This document shows, one piece after another, positions 1 through 13,204 of a stretch of 64,000 nt of DNA. The translations under genes and the position numbers were made by a program. Source of the DNA: Octopus sinensis (taxonomy: Eukaryota); contig NC_043001.1 of assembly GCF_006345805.1 (NCBI RefSeq), positions 20,708,001-20,772,000 on the forward strand. Reading direction: 5' to 3'. Each line of letters opens with the position of its first letter. The first letter of the stretch is position 1. The notes under the pieces were generated by a model. The model worked only from the letters and a program-made list of their open reading frames with translations, made no database searches and was not told the DNA's origin.

Positions 1-144
1 TAATTCCCAATAAAGTCTAATATAATTTCCATCAAAACCTCGTTGGTTAAATTATTATGGTAGAGTGTAATATTTAGTTTAAAGTCTAAAACTAGATGAT
101 ATTCATAAATTGAAAATGAAAGTGAAATAGTGAAAATAACTTAC

Positions 145-195
145 CTACCACTGTCATTTTCTTTAACATTTATAACTAGCACATTCACAACATGG
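145..195 (-). CDS. Candidate 51-nt internal micro-exon (HVVNVLVINVKENDSG)
   Basis: tacag acceptor and AG|gtaagt donor, only one open frame, symmetric phase 2-2; no homology recognised. Confidence 0.25.
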
Positions 196-745
196 CTGTA
201 TTTTAAAGATCATTTATTACTAGAATTGTAGGTATTGATTTAGCTGTTCGTATCATCTTTTGTACTTATAACTATGCTTCATTTAACTACAATTTCATTT
301 TATTGAAATCACAAAACTTTATTGTAAATCGGAATATTAATTTGAAACACATAAAAGGTTAAATTAATTGATATATTATTAGCTGCAGAACATTTAAACT
401 GCTAGCGATAGTCTATATAAAAGCTGTTGAGTTACAAAACTGAATAATCCACTCCACTAAGTAGTTATATCATAGAGCAATGGAAAATACTTAGCAGTTT
501 ATATCACCAGCTACAAGTTCTGTAACACAGTGAACTTAGCGAAAGAAAATGTCAATACAAAGAATCAATTATCAACACTGACTAACACTATCAATGCTGA
601 GACTACGTAAACCAAGTAATGCTACAGCCACATCTAAACAGAAATTTGTGTCATTGTGATATAGCTATGTTTACACAGGAGATCTTAACATACTTTCACT
701 GAACAGTGTCAAAATACAGGCATTGTGTGTATATATATATATATA

Positions 746-1125
746 GGTGCAGGAGTGGCTGTGTGGTAAGTAGCTTGCTAACCAACCACATGGTTGCGGG
801 TTCAGTCTTCTGCTATAGCCCCGGGCCGACCAAAGCCTTGTGAGTGGATTTGGTAGACGGAAACTGAAAGAAGCCTGTCGTATATATGTATATATATATA
901 TATGTGTGTGCATTTGTGTGTCTGTGTTTGTCCCCCTAGCATTGCTTGACAACCGATGCTGGTCTGTTTACGTCCCCGTAACTTAGCGGTTCGACAAAAG
1001 TTACCGATAGAATAAGTACTAAGGCTTACAAAAAATAAATCCTGGGGTCGATTTGCTCTCGACTAAAAGCGGTGCTCAAGCATGGCCACAGTCAAATGGC
1101 TGAAACAAGTAAAGAGAAAAGAGAG
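746..1125 (+). mobile_element. SINE family A (tRNA head, CORE-like segment, TA/CA linker, ~400 bp), internal deletion
   Basis: A box TGGCTGTGTGG, B box GGTTCAGTC; identity to other copies. Confidence 0.92.
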
Positions 1126-1688
1126 AAATATATATGTGTGTGTGTGTGAGTGCAATATTATCCATTCGTTATTCATGAAAAACAGAGACTAAAACTATCG
1201 CACGCCCCAAAAAGTGCTAGGATTTATACTCTCAGGTGATCTCATGACGACTGCTTACAAATATGATTACATAACAGCATTCAGGTTTGTTTCTCCAGTC
1301 AGAGAACATTTCAGTGTAGAACTGATTGCTATTGTGTTGTGTCAGTCTAAGCTTTTTATATCCTTAACTACGACAATAATCTTTCTCTTCTATGAACTTA
1401 CTAGCAATATGCTACTATCAACAAAAGTATTTCATCCGCTTCATTACCAACTTTATACAAAAATAACAATAAAGAACCACTTTATTTATTATATCTAGTT
1501 TGGGACTGTAGATACTATGCACTATAAATTAACTGATGAGATTTCAATGGAAATTACATAAGACATTAATTAGGCTTTAAGAGACTCTAACCCTTACCAG
1601 ACTGTAATAAATACACTCCTTATCCCTCCTCTAAAGTTGTATTTTAAAAGTTTTAACTGAACATTACTCACATTAAACTTATCCAACA

Positions 1689-2090
1689 GGCGTAAGAGTG
1701 GCTGTGTGGTAAGTAGCTTGCTTATGAACCACATGGTTCCAGGTTCAGTCCCACTGCGTGGCACCTTCGGCAAGTGTCTTCTACTATAGCCTTGGGCCGA
1801 CCAAAGCCTTGTGAGTGGATTTGGTAGGCGGAAACTGAAAGAAGCCCATCATATATATGTGTGTTTGTATATGTTTGTGTGTCTGTGTTTGTCCTCCCAA
1901 CATCACTTGACAACCGATGCTGGTGTGTTTACGTCCCCGTAACTTAGCGGTTTGGCAAAAAGACCAATAGAATAAGTACTAGGCTTACAAAGAATAAGTC
2001 CTAGAGTCGATTTGCACGACTAAAGAAAAAGGCGGTGCTCCAGCATGGCCACAGCTAAATGACTGAAACAAGTAAAAGAGTAAAGAGTAA
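1689..2090 (+). mobile_element. SINE family A, full length
   Basis: Head to aagagtaaagag tail. Confidence 0.93.
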
Positions 2091-2661
2091 CATTCCTATC
2101 TCCCTGTATAGGTAAGTTTTACAAGGTATCAGACACTTCCCATATAAAAACACTACAACAACACTATCTCTCCAACTTATTCCAAACATGTACAAAACAC
2201 ATAAATATCAGAATAGTTACAAACTGACTTCTGCTCACAGGACTAAACCAAAATAAGCCTTAAGGATTCAACTTTGTCGTGTAATGATTGGATTTACTAT
2301 GTCTTTCTCTGCTTCAAACATCACAGCTGCCTCTAGATATAATAAAACAGCTTTCATAGTGAAGTGGATAGAAGTCTCGACTGATATAATATATTTTGTA
2401 TGACCATAAACACATGAAAAAAATGTTCCAGGTATTTATAGAACCGGACTAAAGTATGGTGTATTGAGTGTGCTGAAATAAAAGTTCTGCTCCAAGTACT
2501 CAGTTTCTTCCAAACCAAAAGTCTGTTTAATGACAATCAAGTGTTAATCCGAATAAAACACACTTTATTGAATATATCTAAAGCATAAGCTAGCTCAGCA
2601 TCATCATAAAGGTGAGTTTCTACTAATACATTAATAGAACGTTTGAAGATTTATACAGAAA

Positions 2662-3033
2662 CTAGTGCTATGACCTGGCGTTGCCGGGTCATAGTGCTAG
2701 TGCATGCATATACAGCTGCATGCATGCGCATATACACGCAAGTACTGTCCAAATCTCTGACCAATTACATACAGCTAGCTGGCATTCAATTGGCGTATCA
2801 AGTTTCGGGCATTTTGATTGGGTTTTGGATAGAAAATTCACAAAAAAAGTCACTTCTATTGATTTTTTTAATGGCTTTGCGGGGTGACTGGGGAAATGTA
2901 AAGATGTGCGCAACCACCCTTGGACGGTTTTGAATGACCATAGAAAGTGCGAGCCTTCTAACTGAAAAATTGTGGATTTGTATAAAGGACACACACACAC
3001 AGACAGACATTTTGCCGTTTATATATATAGAGA
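2662..3033 (-). mobile_element. Non-autonomous Helitron-like element
   Basis: On minus strand: A|TC start, CTAG|T end, 12-bp subterminal hairpin (2668-2694), internal (CA)n/GACA tract. Confidence 0.85.
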
Positions 3034-3380
3034 TGAGGCAGATGACAATCAGAGAACATTCTAACAAAATATAGGAATAAAAACATAAAAGATGAGGTTA
3101 ATAATCAGCTTAGAAATAGAAATATCATGTACACTTCCAATCCAAAGCATTCTCTTATTACGCAAGCTGACAGAGCCTCTACGTGGTCACCCAACAAGAA
3201 ACAAAACTCGCACCTCCCTGTCCCAAGTTAGTAAAAGGGAAAAGCACATTGGATTATATATTGCTGGAAACTGCCTAAACGACAGAAAGATCACAGCCAG
3301 AATGCCTTTGATCATAGGTTTGCTTGATCAGGGTTTACCAAGGACTAAACATCAACTACTTCAATTTTCTGATTACATAT

Positions 3381-3663
3381 TGTGAGTGGATTTGGTAGAC
3401 GGAAACTGAAAGAAGCCTGTCGTATATATGTATATATATATATATATGCATGTGTGTGTATATGTTTGTGTGTCTATGTTTGTCCCTCTAGCATTGCTTG
3501 ACAACCGATGCTGGTGTGTTTACGTCCCCGTCACTTAGCGGTTCGGCAAAAGAGACCGATAGAATAAGTACTGGGCTTACAAAGAATAAGTCCCGGGGTC
3601 GATTTGCTCGCCTAAAGGCGGTGCTCCAGCATGGCCGCAGTCAAATGACTGAAACAAGTAAAA
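3381..3663 (+). mobile_element. SINE family A, 5'-truncated
   Basis: Starts at tgtgagtggatttgg. Confidence 0.92.
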
Positions 3664-4064
3664 TTTATGTTAAATTTATTTATAACATCTTTCCAACTTT
3701 CCTCATTCATATTAAGAAATATATTTAACTGTCAAAGCAGCTCTAATTATAATGAGCAGAATAAAAATGTTAAGTTTACCTCCAAGGACAGGATAACATT
3801 GTAACAATATCATATGGGCTTATAGATCAGGAAGCCAACAATTATTTCTAGTAAGCTATATTCAGAAATAGCATTTAAACAAATCCTGTTATAACATTTG
3901 AATGAAATGTTTTGTTCAGTATGCCAGTGCATGTCTCATAAAGGTTTATTGTCATTTTACTTGAAATAGCACATCTCCCACGGCACCCAGTAACTAGTTT
4001 CATACTGCATACCTTATTATTTTCTACATAACTCATCCACTAATTAACAGCTTCTAATTTAGGC

Positions 4065-4260
4065 ATGAGGCCAGCAATTTTGAGGGAACAGAATAGTCGA
4101 TTACACTGGCCCCGGTACCTGACAGGTACTTTATTTTATTGAATCCTGGAAGAATAAAATGCAAAGTTGACCTTGCTGGATTTGAACTCGGAACCTAAAA
4201 AGCCAGAACAAATACCACCAGGCAATTTTCCTGATGCTATAATGATGCTGCCCGTTCATT
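4065..4260 (-). mobile_element. SINE family C-related, degenerate
   Basis: rc similarity. Confidence 0.7.
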
Positions 4261-4427
4261 ATGCAAGCACTTACACTAACTGGTGATGTAAGAGCATACC
4301 AGTGTTCACCTTTAACCTTTACAATTTAATCAACAACTTAAGTAGTTAAACCTCAGTAATCCTCTAGAATTCTACAATGAGAACAAGACCATCAACATAT
4401 AAATATATCAATAAATAAATATATATA

Positions 4428-4672
4428 TGTGCCGGTGGCACATAAAAAGCACCATCCATTCGTGGCCGTTTGCCAGCTCTGTCTGGTACATGTGCGGGTG
4501 GCACGTAAAAAGCACTCACGGAGTGGTTGGCGTTAGGAAGGGCATCCAGCCGTAGAAACACTGCCAGATTTGACTGGGCCTGATGAAGCCTTCTGGCTTC
4601 ACAGACCCCAGTAGAACCGTCCAACCCATGCTAGCATGGAAAACGGACGCTAAACGATGATGATGATGATGA
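4428..4672 (+). mobile_element. Retroposon family B ((GAT)n tail, ggcgttaggaagggcatccagc core)
   Basis: Shared core and gatgatgat tail. Confidence 0.88.
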
Positions 4673-4675
4673 TAT

Positions 4676-5108
4676 AGGCACAGCGTGTCTGTGTGGTAAG
4701 AAGCTTGCTTCCCAACCATATGGTTCTGGGTTCAGTCCCACTGCATGGGACCTCGGGCATGTGTCTTCTACTATAGCCTCAGGCCGACCAAAGCCCTGTG
4801 AGTGGATTTGGTAGACGGAAACTGAAAGAAGCCTATCGTTTCTTGTGGTGCACCTGAGCACTGTATACAATAATTTCATTCATTATTATTTTTATATGTG
4901 TGTCTGTGTTTGTTGCCCCTGCTACTATTGCTTGACAACCGATATTGGTGTGTTTATGTTCCTGTAACTAAGCAGTTTGGCAAAAGGGACTGATAGAATA
5001 ATTACTAAGTTTACAAAGAATAAGTCCTGGGGTCGATTTGTTCGACTAAAGACGATGCTCCAGCATGGCCACAGTCAAATGACTGAAACAAGTAAAAGAA
5101 TAAAAAGA
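4676..5108 (+). mobile_element. SINE family A containing a CR1 3' tail (~4845-4890)
   Basis: Family identity; insert gtggtgcacctgagcactgtatacaataatttcatt. Confidence 0.9.
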
Positions 5109-5257
5109 TATATATACTCACACACACACATATAAAGATATATACATATATATACACAAACATATATAAAAATCAAACAGGTAAAATCTGAGGCAAAGAG
5201 GAAACAAACAAAATAAAATAAGATAAATAGATGAATGAATAATATTCTTTTCTACTC

Positions 5258-5580
5258 TAGATACAAGGCACAAAATTTTTGGGGAGGGGGCTAGTCGATT
5301 AGATCGACTCCAGTATGCAGCTGGTACTTAATTTGTCAACCTCAGTGGAATTTGAACTCAGAATGTAAAGACAGATGAAATACCTATTTCTTTACTACCC
5401 ACAAGGGGCTAAACACTGAGGGGACAAACAAGGACAGACATAGGTATTAAGTCGATTACATCAACCCCAGTGCGTAACTGGTACTTAATTTATCAAAAAG
5501 ATAAACAAACGTCGCCAACAGATGAAATACCGCTAAAAATTTTGCCCAGCATGCTAATGATTCTGCCAGCTCGCTACCTT
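5258..5580 (-). mobile_element. SINE family C, dimer-like
   Basis: Two overlapping units (rc). Confidence 0.85.
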
Positions 5581-5624
5581 GAATGAATAAATAATATTAA
5601 GATATATAATTATGATATCTTTTT

Positions 5625-5820
5625 ATCGTTTACTTGCGTAAGTCATTGGACTTTGGCCATGCTGGGGCACTGTTTCAAAGGGCTCAGTTGAACAATTCGA
5701 TGCCCACCACTTATTTTGAAACCTGGTACTTATCCTAAAGGTCTCTTTTTGTCAAACCTCTAAGTTACGGCAGGGCATAAACATCAGTTGTCGGGTAGTG
5801 GTGGGAACAAACACAAAAAC
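5625..5820 (-). mobile_element. SINE family A, 3' half, degenerate
   Basis: rc similarity to family tail. Confidence 0.75.
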
Positions 5821-6079
5821 ACATTATTCAGAATCACTGCAACCCACCCCATACAGGGAAATCCCAAGAAAAGAAGGGGATAAACATTGGACACCACTCT
5901 TTTACCTGGCGGGCTTACTGTGGGAACTGGTGACTCACTACAGTGGTAGCAAGAATAAGAAAAAAATGCTTCTGGCTCTTCTATATCACCCTTGGCCTGA
6001 ACAGCCACCTCAGGCACCAGCACGCTCTGCAGCCATCAAGATGAAGAGGCTTAATCAAGTTACAGATCTTCTACCTGGA

Positions 6080-6119
<40 letters not shown>

Positions 6120-6464
6120 TCTTTGATTAATTTTAATCCTTAAGCTTATTTAATCCTTGGGGGGGGGGCTGCAATTGTCTATATTATTCATTCTGTTATT
6201 ATCATCTTTAATTGTTACATTAGATAATAGTAGAGTCAATAATATCTTTGCAAATATTTTTCTCCTGAATTATTTACTCCATATTGAGTAAATATATATA
6301 TATACACACACACACACACATACATCATCATCATTTACCATCCACTTTCCATGTTGGCATGGGTTGGACAGTTTGACATGGAGCTATCAAAACTCCAATT
6401 GTCTGTTGTGGCATAGTTTCTATGGCTGTATTCCCTGCCTAACGTCAACCTATACACACACATG

Positions 6465-6640
6465 AGGCGACTAGTTGATTACATCAACCCCAGTGTTTCA
6501 CTGGTACTTAATTTATCAACCCCGAAAGGATGAAAGGCAGAGTCGACCTCAGCAGAATTTGAACTCAGAATGTAAACACAGACAAAATGCCATTAACCAT
6601 TTTGCCCAGTGTGCTAACAATTCTGCCAGCTCACTGTCTT
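6465..6640 (-). mobile_element. SINE family C
   Basis: rc similarity. Confidence 0.85.
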
Positions 6641-6644
6641 ACTA

Positions 6645-8235
6645 ATGATAATAATTAATAATAATGATACAGACAGACTAATTCTTGCTACTCAAGACCA
6701 ATGCCTGACCACAAACAACTATAAAAGCAAAATAATGAAAACCGGCCCTAACACTAAATGCAAAATGTGTAACCAGCACAGTGAAACAATTGACCACATT
6801 ATCTCTGGCTGTAGTTATATTCACTGGACAATATGCCAACACTACAACATAAAAACTGACAAAAAATAAGATAAATATATGCCAAACAAGGTACATGACA
6901 ATGACCAGGCCACAATCATCTGGGATGTACCTGTTCAAATTGATAGGGAAACAAAAGCTAATCATCCAGACATAACAATCAAGGATTGGGGGAAAAAAAT
7001 ACCTGCTTCCTGATAGACATTGCAGTCCCTTCTGACTGAAATATTGCCCAAAAATAAGTGGAGAAACTGTCAAGTACAAAGACCTCAAAATTGAAGTATT
7101 CAAGATGTGGGACATGAAGGTGAGGACAATATCAGTAACAATTGTAGCATTGGGTATGATAAAAAAATCATCATCATCATCGTTTAATGTCCGCTTTCCA
7201 TGCTAGCATGGGTTGGACGATTTTGACTGAGGGCTGGCGAACCAGATGGCTGCACCAGGCTTCAATCTTGATCTGGCAGAGTTTCTACAGCTGGATGCCC
7301 TTCCTAACGCCAACCACTCCGAGAATGTAGGCGGTACTGGCAAAGACCTCACTCGAATCTTTTACACATGTCACCGGCACAGGTGCCAGTAAGGCGATGA
7401 TGGTAACGATCACGCTTGAATGGTGTCTTTTACGTGCCACCGACATGGAGGCCAGATATCCGCTCTGGCAACAATCACGCTCGGATGGTGCTCTTTAAGG
7501 CAACACTGGTAACGATCACGCTCGAATGGTGCCTTTTAAGTGCCACTGGCACGGAAGCCGGTTAGCCGCTCTGTCAATGATCACGCTCATATGGTGCTCT
7601 TTGCACCCCGCTAGCACGGACACCAGTCATCAAATTTGATTTTGATTTTATGATAAAAAATGTATGAACAAAAACATAGAAGCTAAACCTGGACCTTCAA
7701 TACTAGACACTATCCCCAAAATAGACCTGTTAGGAACAGTCCACATTGTACGCAAGACTATCAATTCAATAGTACAACCCCGCCAAAAAAAAAATACAAA
7801 CACAAGGCACACTCTATACAATAAATATTCAATAACATAAACAATTCCCATAACATGTACTCTATAGGCTGGATATCTAACAGAACACAACTCGCATTAC
7901 GCACAATGCACAATACAAACCCTAATACAACAAAAGACTGCAACCAAACTCCATAACAAAACAAACAGATGCAAATACAATACAGCAAAAAGTCTGCACT
8001 CTCCCAACAAAAACAACAAAAGAACACATAATAATGCATACACCTTCTGAAACAATCAAATGTTGGGCTCCACCTGCAAGGACATGTGCTGTTTATCTTC
8101 ATATAAGATCACCATGTTGTGTACATATGGTTATAACGCACGTGCCTGGTGTACCCTTATCAGACAGGTAGACATGATGGGTGTATTTGGCTTTATATAT
8201 TTTACCCTAGTGTCACTCAATAATAATAATAATAA
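6645..8235 (+). mobile_element. 5'-truncated R4/Dong-like non-LTR retrotransposon interrupted by a family-B SINE
   Basis: CKMCNQHSETIDHIISGC zinc knuckle, HPDI..LID..EKLSKYKDL restriction-like endonuclease; TAA-rich at both ends. Confidence 0.85.
7168..7650 (-). mobile_element. Family B, long form, inserted in R4/Dong element
   Basis: Flanked by duplicated atgataaaaaa. Confidence 0.88.
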
Positions 8236-8237
8236 TC

Positions 8238-8452
8238 ATTTCTACTATAGATACAAGGCCTGGATTTTTGTGGGGTGAGGGACAATCGCTAACATTGACC
8301 CCAGTACTTGACTGGTACTTAATTTATCAACCCCAAATGAATGAAAGGCAAAGTAAACCTCAGAGGAACTTGAACTTAGAACATAGCAACAGACAAAATA
8401 CAACCAACCATTTCGCTCAGTGTGCTAACGATTCTGCCAGTTCACCGCCTTA
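8238..8452 (-). mobile_element. SINE family C-related
   Basis: rc similarity. Confidence 0.82.
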
Positions 8453-9199
8453 ACAATCATCATCATCGTCGTTTAACATCTGCTTTCCATGCTGGCATAG
8501 ATTGGACAATTTGACTGAGGACTGGCGAGCCAGCCGGCTGCTAATTTGAACATCTGGTTTCTACTCCATGGGGTAGGTATTAAAATATGAGGTAGGGAAA
8601 TTTGAATGAGCTAGTTTATATAGGGTTGGGTGGGATGAGGGAGCGGATGTAAAGTGTTGGGAGAAGCAAGTGGTTAACGAAACTGAGAGAGAGGAAGAGA
8701 GAGAGACCAGAGTTAGGCTGGTCAAAGACAGAACATGAGGAGACGGAATTTTGGAATTTAGGATAACATAAATGAACAAATGGGTTTAACATTTCTGCTG
8801 CCAGAGTGAAAGTATAGTAATTCTGATAATGAGATAGAATTGGACACTACAAAACAGCAAAAACTCAGGCTGCTGGTGTGAAGAGAATATTAATGATAAT
8901 AATGAGATAGAATTGGGCATTTGTATTCTTAACTAGATCTATAACCAACAGTTTTCGGTCAGCTAGACTGTGACAAAATTAGATAAATGAATAAATAAAT
9001 GACAATAACAAATGAGCGTGAAAAAGAGGGAGAGTAGGATTGAGTGAAGGGGTCTTAAGTTTTTTTTTCTCTAAGCATGGAAGATGAAACTGTGTTTACA
9101 TAGATAGATAATGAAATGAAATAATAAAGTAATTATAATAATTTGTGTTGAAAAAAAGGTTTTAGACATGAGCTAGGTTGGAAAACAAGGCTGCTTATC

Positions 9200-10480
9200 T
9201 GAACATCTTCCGGTTTCTACTCCGTGTGGTGAGGTATTGCCAAATGGGCAAACAAAGTAGTTGAGAAAGGACAGTGGTATAAGTATTTGGGGATGCTGGA
9301 GGCAGATGAAATGAAATATGAAGATGTAAAACAAATTACCAGTAGTATACAAGGAGGGTGAGAAGAATATTACAGTCAAAGCTGAATTTAAAAATATGCT
9401 ATTGAAGCAATAAATGCGAGAGAAGTATCCATAATTAGATATGGAGTTGGAATTGTAGATTGGACCAGAAATCTGACAGAAAAACTAGAAAGCTGTTGAT
9501 AATGTATGGAGCCCACTATCCAAAGGCTGATATGAACTTGTACTTGAAGAGAGACCAAGTTGGAAGAAGCTTAATTGCTGTGGAAGAGTGTGTACAGATG
9601 GAAAGAAAAGGGCTACTAGAATATTTACAGAACAGCACAGAGAAATTACTAAAGGCAGCGAGTAAGGAACAGGTGATCAAGTGAGAAATAGGAGAAAAGG
9701 ACAAGAATGATATTCAAAGAGAGCATGTTAAATTGAAGAAAAACCTTTACATGATCAGTTTTGGAAAGCCACTGAAGATGTATGTGGAACAAAAATCTGG
9801 TAAAAAGGGCAATTAAAAAAAAAGGAAACAGAGAGCCTTATTATAGCAGCTCAAGTTTAAATGTTAAAAACAAATAACTTGAGAAAATACGTGTATGGGG
9901 AGAAGGTAGGGTGTGTGGAATTTGGGATGAAACAATGGCACACACTGTTGCAGAGGCCCAGGTAGAATATAAGAAATGGAGACATGACCAAGTTGTGAAC
10001 GTTTTACACTGGAAGCTTTGTCAGAAATGGGGTTTGAAGTTGGAATTACATGGTATGATCATATGGTTGAAAGAATGCAAGATTTTATGAGATTTTCCTA
10101 TTCAAATGGATAAGAAGCTAGAAAATAATAAACTAGACATAAGAATAATAGCCAGGGAAAAGTAAAGTTGCTTACTAATTGATTCTAGGATTGTAAAGAA
10201 AGATGAAAAATTTTTTAAATACAATCCCTTAAAATTTGAAATTGCAAGAATTTCATGTATGAACACTGTAAAGGTTATGCCTGTAATAATTGGTGCATTG
10301 GGAACTGTGAGCAAAAATATAGACAGATGGAGACTGGAACAGAATGTCCTGTAGAGCTTCTACAAAAAGTTTACCTCTTAGTGACAGGAAAGATTATCAG
10401 GAAGGTTTTAAGCATTTGAAAGACTATTGAAAGTTTGTGGATAACTAAGATTACAAGTAGTAACCAGCTACCAACATAAA
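9200..10480 (+). mobile_element. Degenerate R4/Dong-like element (RT thumb to endonuclease)
   Basis: YKYLG, DRKTRKLL..HYPKAD..LYLKRDQVGRSL, VIIGALG motifs. Confidence 0.82.
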
Positions 10481-10664
10481 TTCTACCTTTTTATTTTTTT
10501 CCTTTTTCTCTATCACATGACTTTGTAAATGAACAATCTGGTCTATTTATTTTAATGGCCTACCAATGTATACAAGAGTTTCTCTGCCCTAGGTGTCAGG
10601 AAGATACCTGGCAAGGAATGGAAACAGAATTGAAAGATGATATAATGAGAAATAATAGTCCTTT

Positions 10665-10875
10665 CTACTATAGGCACAAGGCCTGAAATTTTGGGGGAGG
10701 GGACTTGCCGATTGCATCAATGCCCAGTGTTTCACTGCTACTTAATTTAACAACCCCGAAAGGACGAAAAGGCAAAGCTGACCCTGGCAGAATTTCAACT
10801 CAGAATGTAGTGATAGGTGAAATACTGCTAAGCATTTTGTTCAGTGTGCTAACGATTCTGCCAGCTTGCCACCTT
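10665..10875 (-). mobile_element. SINE family C-related
   Basis: rc similarity. Confidence 0.82.
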
Positions 10876-10884
10876 AATAATAAT

Positions 10885-11373
10885 GGGCAAAAATCTTCTG
10901 AGACTTTGATTTCCAGACAGACAAAGTATTTAAAGCACCGAAGGCTAGATATAGTAACCTTTAAGAGGGACAAACAAGAGTGCCTAATAATCGACGTAAC
11001 AGTGCCAGAAGATCAACATATCATCGTGAAAGGAAGAGAAAAAGTTGATGAATATGGAGACCTGAGAATTGAAATTGCTAAGATGTGGCACCTATGAGAG
11101 TCAAACATAAAGGTTATCCCTATTGTCATCGGAGCATTGGGTTCAATACCACCCAATCTGAAAAAAACATCTGAAAACCTTAGAGATACCCTACAATCTA
11201 GATGTACTGCAAAAGTCGGCATTACTTGGAACTGCACGCATATTGTGTAAAGTACTGTCTGTCTGAGGTTCTTGTTGTGACTTGACAAACAGTACAAACC
11301 CCCCGGTAGATACAATATCTTCAATCAACAACCTCACGATATTATATACAGTGCAACATCTATAATAATAATA

Positions 11374-11421
<48 letters not shown>
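10885..11421 (+). mobile_element. R4/Dong-like 3' fragment ending in a ~20-unit TAA tract
   Basis: RRLDIV..CLIIDVTVP..EKVDEYGDLRIEI..VIPIVIGALG; TAA tracts on both sides. Confidence 0.88.
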
Positions 11422-11422
<1 letters not shown>

Positions 11423-11579
11423 TGATAAATAAATTGATAGGAAAATATAAAATATCAAATAGATCGTTAGTTAAATTACAAAGGTTATCAGTGAAAATAT
11501 AATCAGTGATCCCCATACTGACCCATCCTTTATGAATGAATTTAGTAGACAGAAATGTGTGGAAGACCATCACAGACAT

Positions 11580-11790
11580 ACACACATACTACACATACAC
11601 ACATGCATGCGCACACACACAGATGCGTATATTTGTGTTTGTCTACCACCACCACTTGACAACTAGTTCAGCAAAAGAGACCTATAGAATAAGACTTAAA
11701 AATAACAAGCAATGGGGTTGATTTGTTTGAATAAGACCATTCAATGCAATGTCCTAGCATGATCACAGCCCAATGACTGAAAAAAATAAA
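11580..11790 (+). mobile_element. SINE family A, 3' half, degenerate
   Basis: cacttgacaac..gcatgatcacagcccaatgactgaa. Confidence 0.7.
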
Positions 11791-11799
11791 AGATATATA

Positions 11800-13046
11800 C
11801 AGGGTGTGTGAGATATTTGAGGACAGATTAATGTTTATGAAAAAAAAACAGATATTAACTTTATTTAATAAAAAATGCTATGAGGATAAAAATAAATCTT
11901 TTCTATAATGTTATTCACTAAAGCCACCTTCAGCTTCAACAACTGCTTCTGTATGAGATCTAAATCATCTACATGCTCAAATCAAGTGGTCCTGGTTCAT
12001 TTTGGACATTACTCTGACTATGGCAGCTTTCAAAGAATCTTTGGTGTTATGAGTCTGTTCACTGACCTCTCTTTCAACAACACTCCACATGTAATAGTCC
12101 CATGGATTGGGATCTGGGGAATTAGGAGGCCAAATGTTAGGGGTTATGTGATCATGAAAATTTTCAGCCGTCCATTCCTGAGTTACTAGAGCCATGTGTG
12201 ATAGTACAGAGTCTTGTTGAGACATATATGGCCTTCCATTGCATACACTGTCTATCCAGGACCTAACAATTATTTCCAGGACCTCAATGTAGGCAGCAGA
12301 GTTAACTCTAAGGCCTTGTGGAAAGAAGTAAGGTGGCATCACATGTCCTTCATTGCCGACAACCCCAAAAACCATGACAGTTGCTGGAAATTTTGTATGC
12401 ATAACACTTCAATTTCAGAAGGGTCTGCACATAACAATCTGTCATTTCTTCCGTTAACTTTTTTATCTTTATTGAAGTTTTACTCATTTGAGAAAAACCA
12501 AATCAAATCTTCTGCTGGATTTTCCAGTTTGTTTAAGACCCTTTTTGATCTGATGTAGTGGTTTTCTTTTGCTTTTTCTGACAAATTGACCTTTCCTCAT
12601 CATATAAGACTTATATCTGATGTCTTCATGAACAACATTTCTGACTGTTCCTTCTGTCAAATGGAGATCTTTTACAATTGACCTCATGGACTTTCTGGGA
12701 TTGTAATCAATGGTCTGTTGAACTTGCTGGATAAGTTCAGGTGTTCTGATGGTTTCAGAGCGTTTAGAATGCTTTTTATGCTTTGCTATTGGTGATACAT
12801 TTCCATCTTCAGTCTCTAGCTCCTTACAATCTTTGTAGACAAAAGATTTGGCAACTTTTAAAATTCGAGATATTTCTAAATAACTATGCCCAGCCTTTAT
12901 AACCACAATAACAGCATGCCTCTTCATTTCTTGAATAATCTGAGGGTCTGCTATTACTATTTTCTGAAACAAAGATTATACAGAGTTAGCAAAAAATGCT
13001 AGAAATGACCCAAAAAAGGTATGTCCTCAAATACCTTACACACCTG
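11800..13046 (-). mobile_element. Degenerate Tc1/mariner transposon, DD37D (maT/Bmmar1-like)
   Basis: TA-flanked imperfect TIRs (cagggtgtgtgagatatttgaggaca / rc caggtgtgtaaggtatttgaggaca); HTH ORF 12484..12972 and catalytic ORF 11977..12402 with QQD-x37-D and WPPNSPD; frameshifted. Confidence 0.92.
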
Positions 13047-13204
13047 TATGTGAATATTATGTGAAGTAGTGACACTAATGATGGTAATATTATAGATATA
13101 AATACTGTTGACATTTGGTATCTGGGCATAATGCCTGTAGGACTGAACAAATTGGTCCCAATGCAAGTCTTCAGGTTGTAGTAGTGCCAATGGTAATGCT
13201 GAAG

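Noticed and set aside
671-952. Recurrent ORFs such as MSSNARGTNTDT... and MDGSTGVCEARR... (also 15090, 16494, 22139, 54999, 62287)
   Set aside because: Chance frames through SINE families A and B; not genes.
1530-1560. CTGATGA followed by a hairpin (also 4582, 28936, 38878)
   Set aside because: No correctly placed GAAA/NUH or helix I; not hammerheads.
590-2335. Small minus-strand exon candidates near 590-635, 1270-1345, 1402-1450 and 2295-2330
   Set aside because: Phases do not chain consistently, weak acceptors, no recognisable protein.
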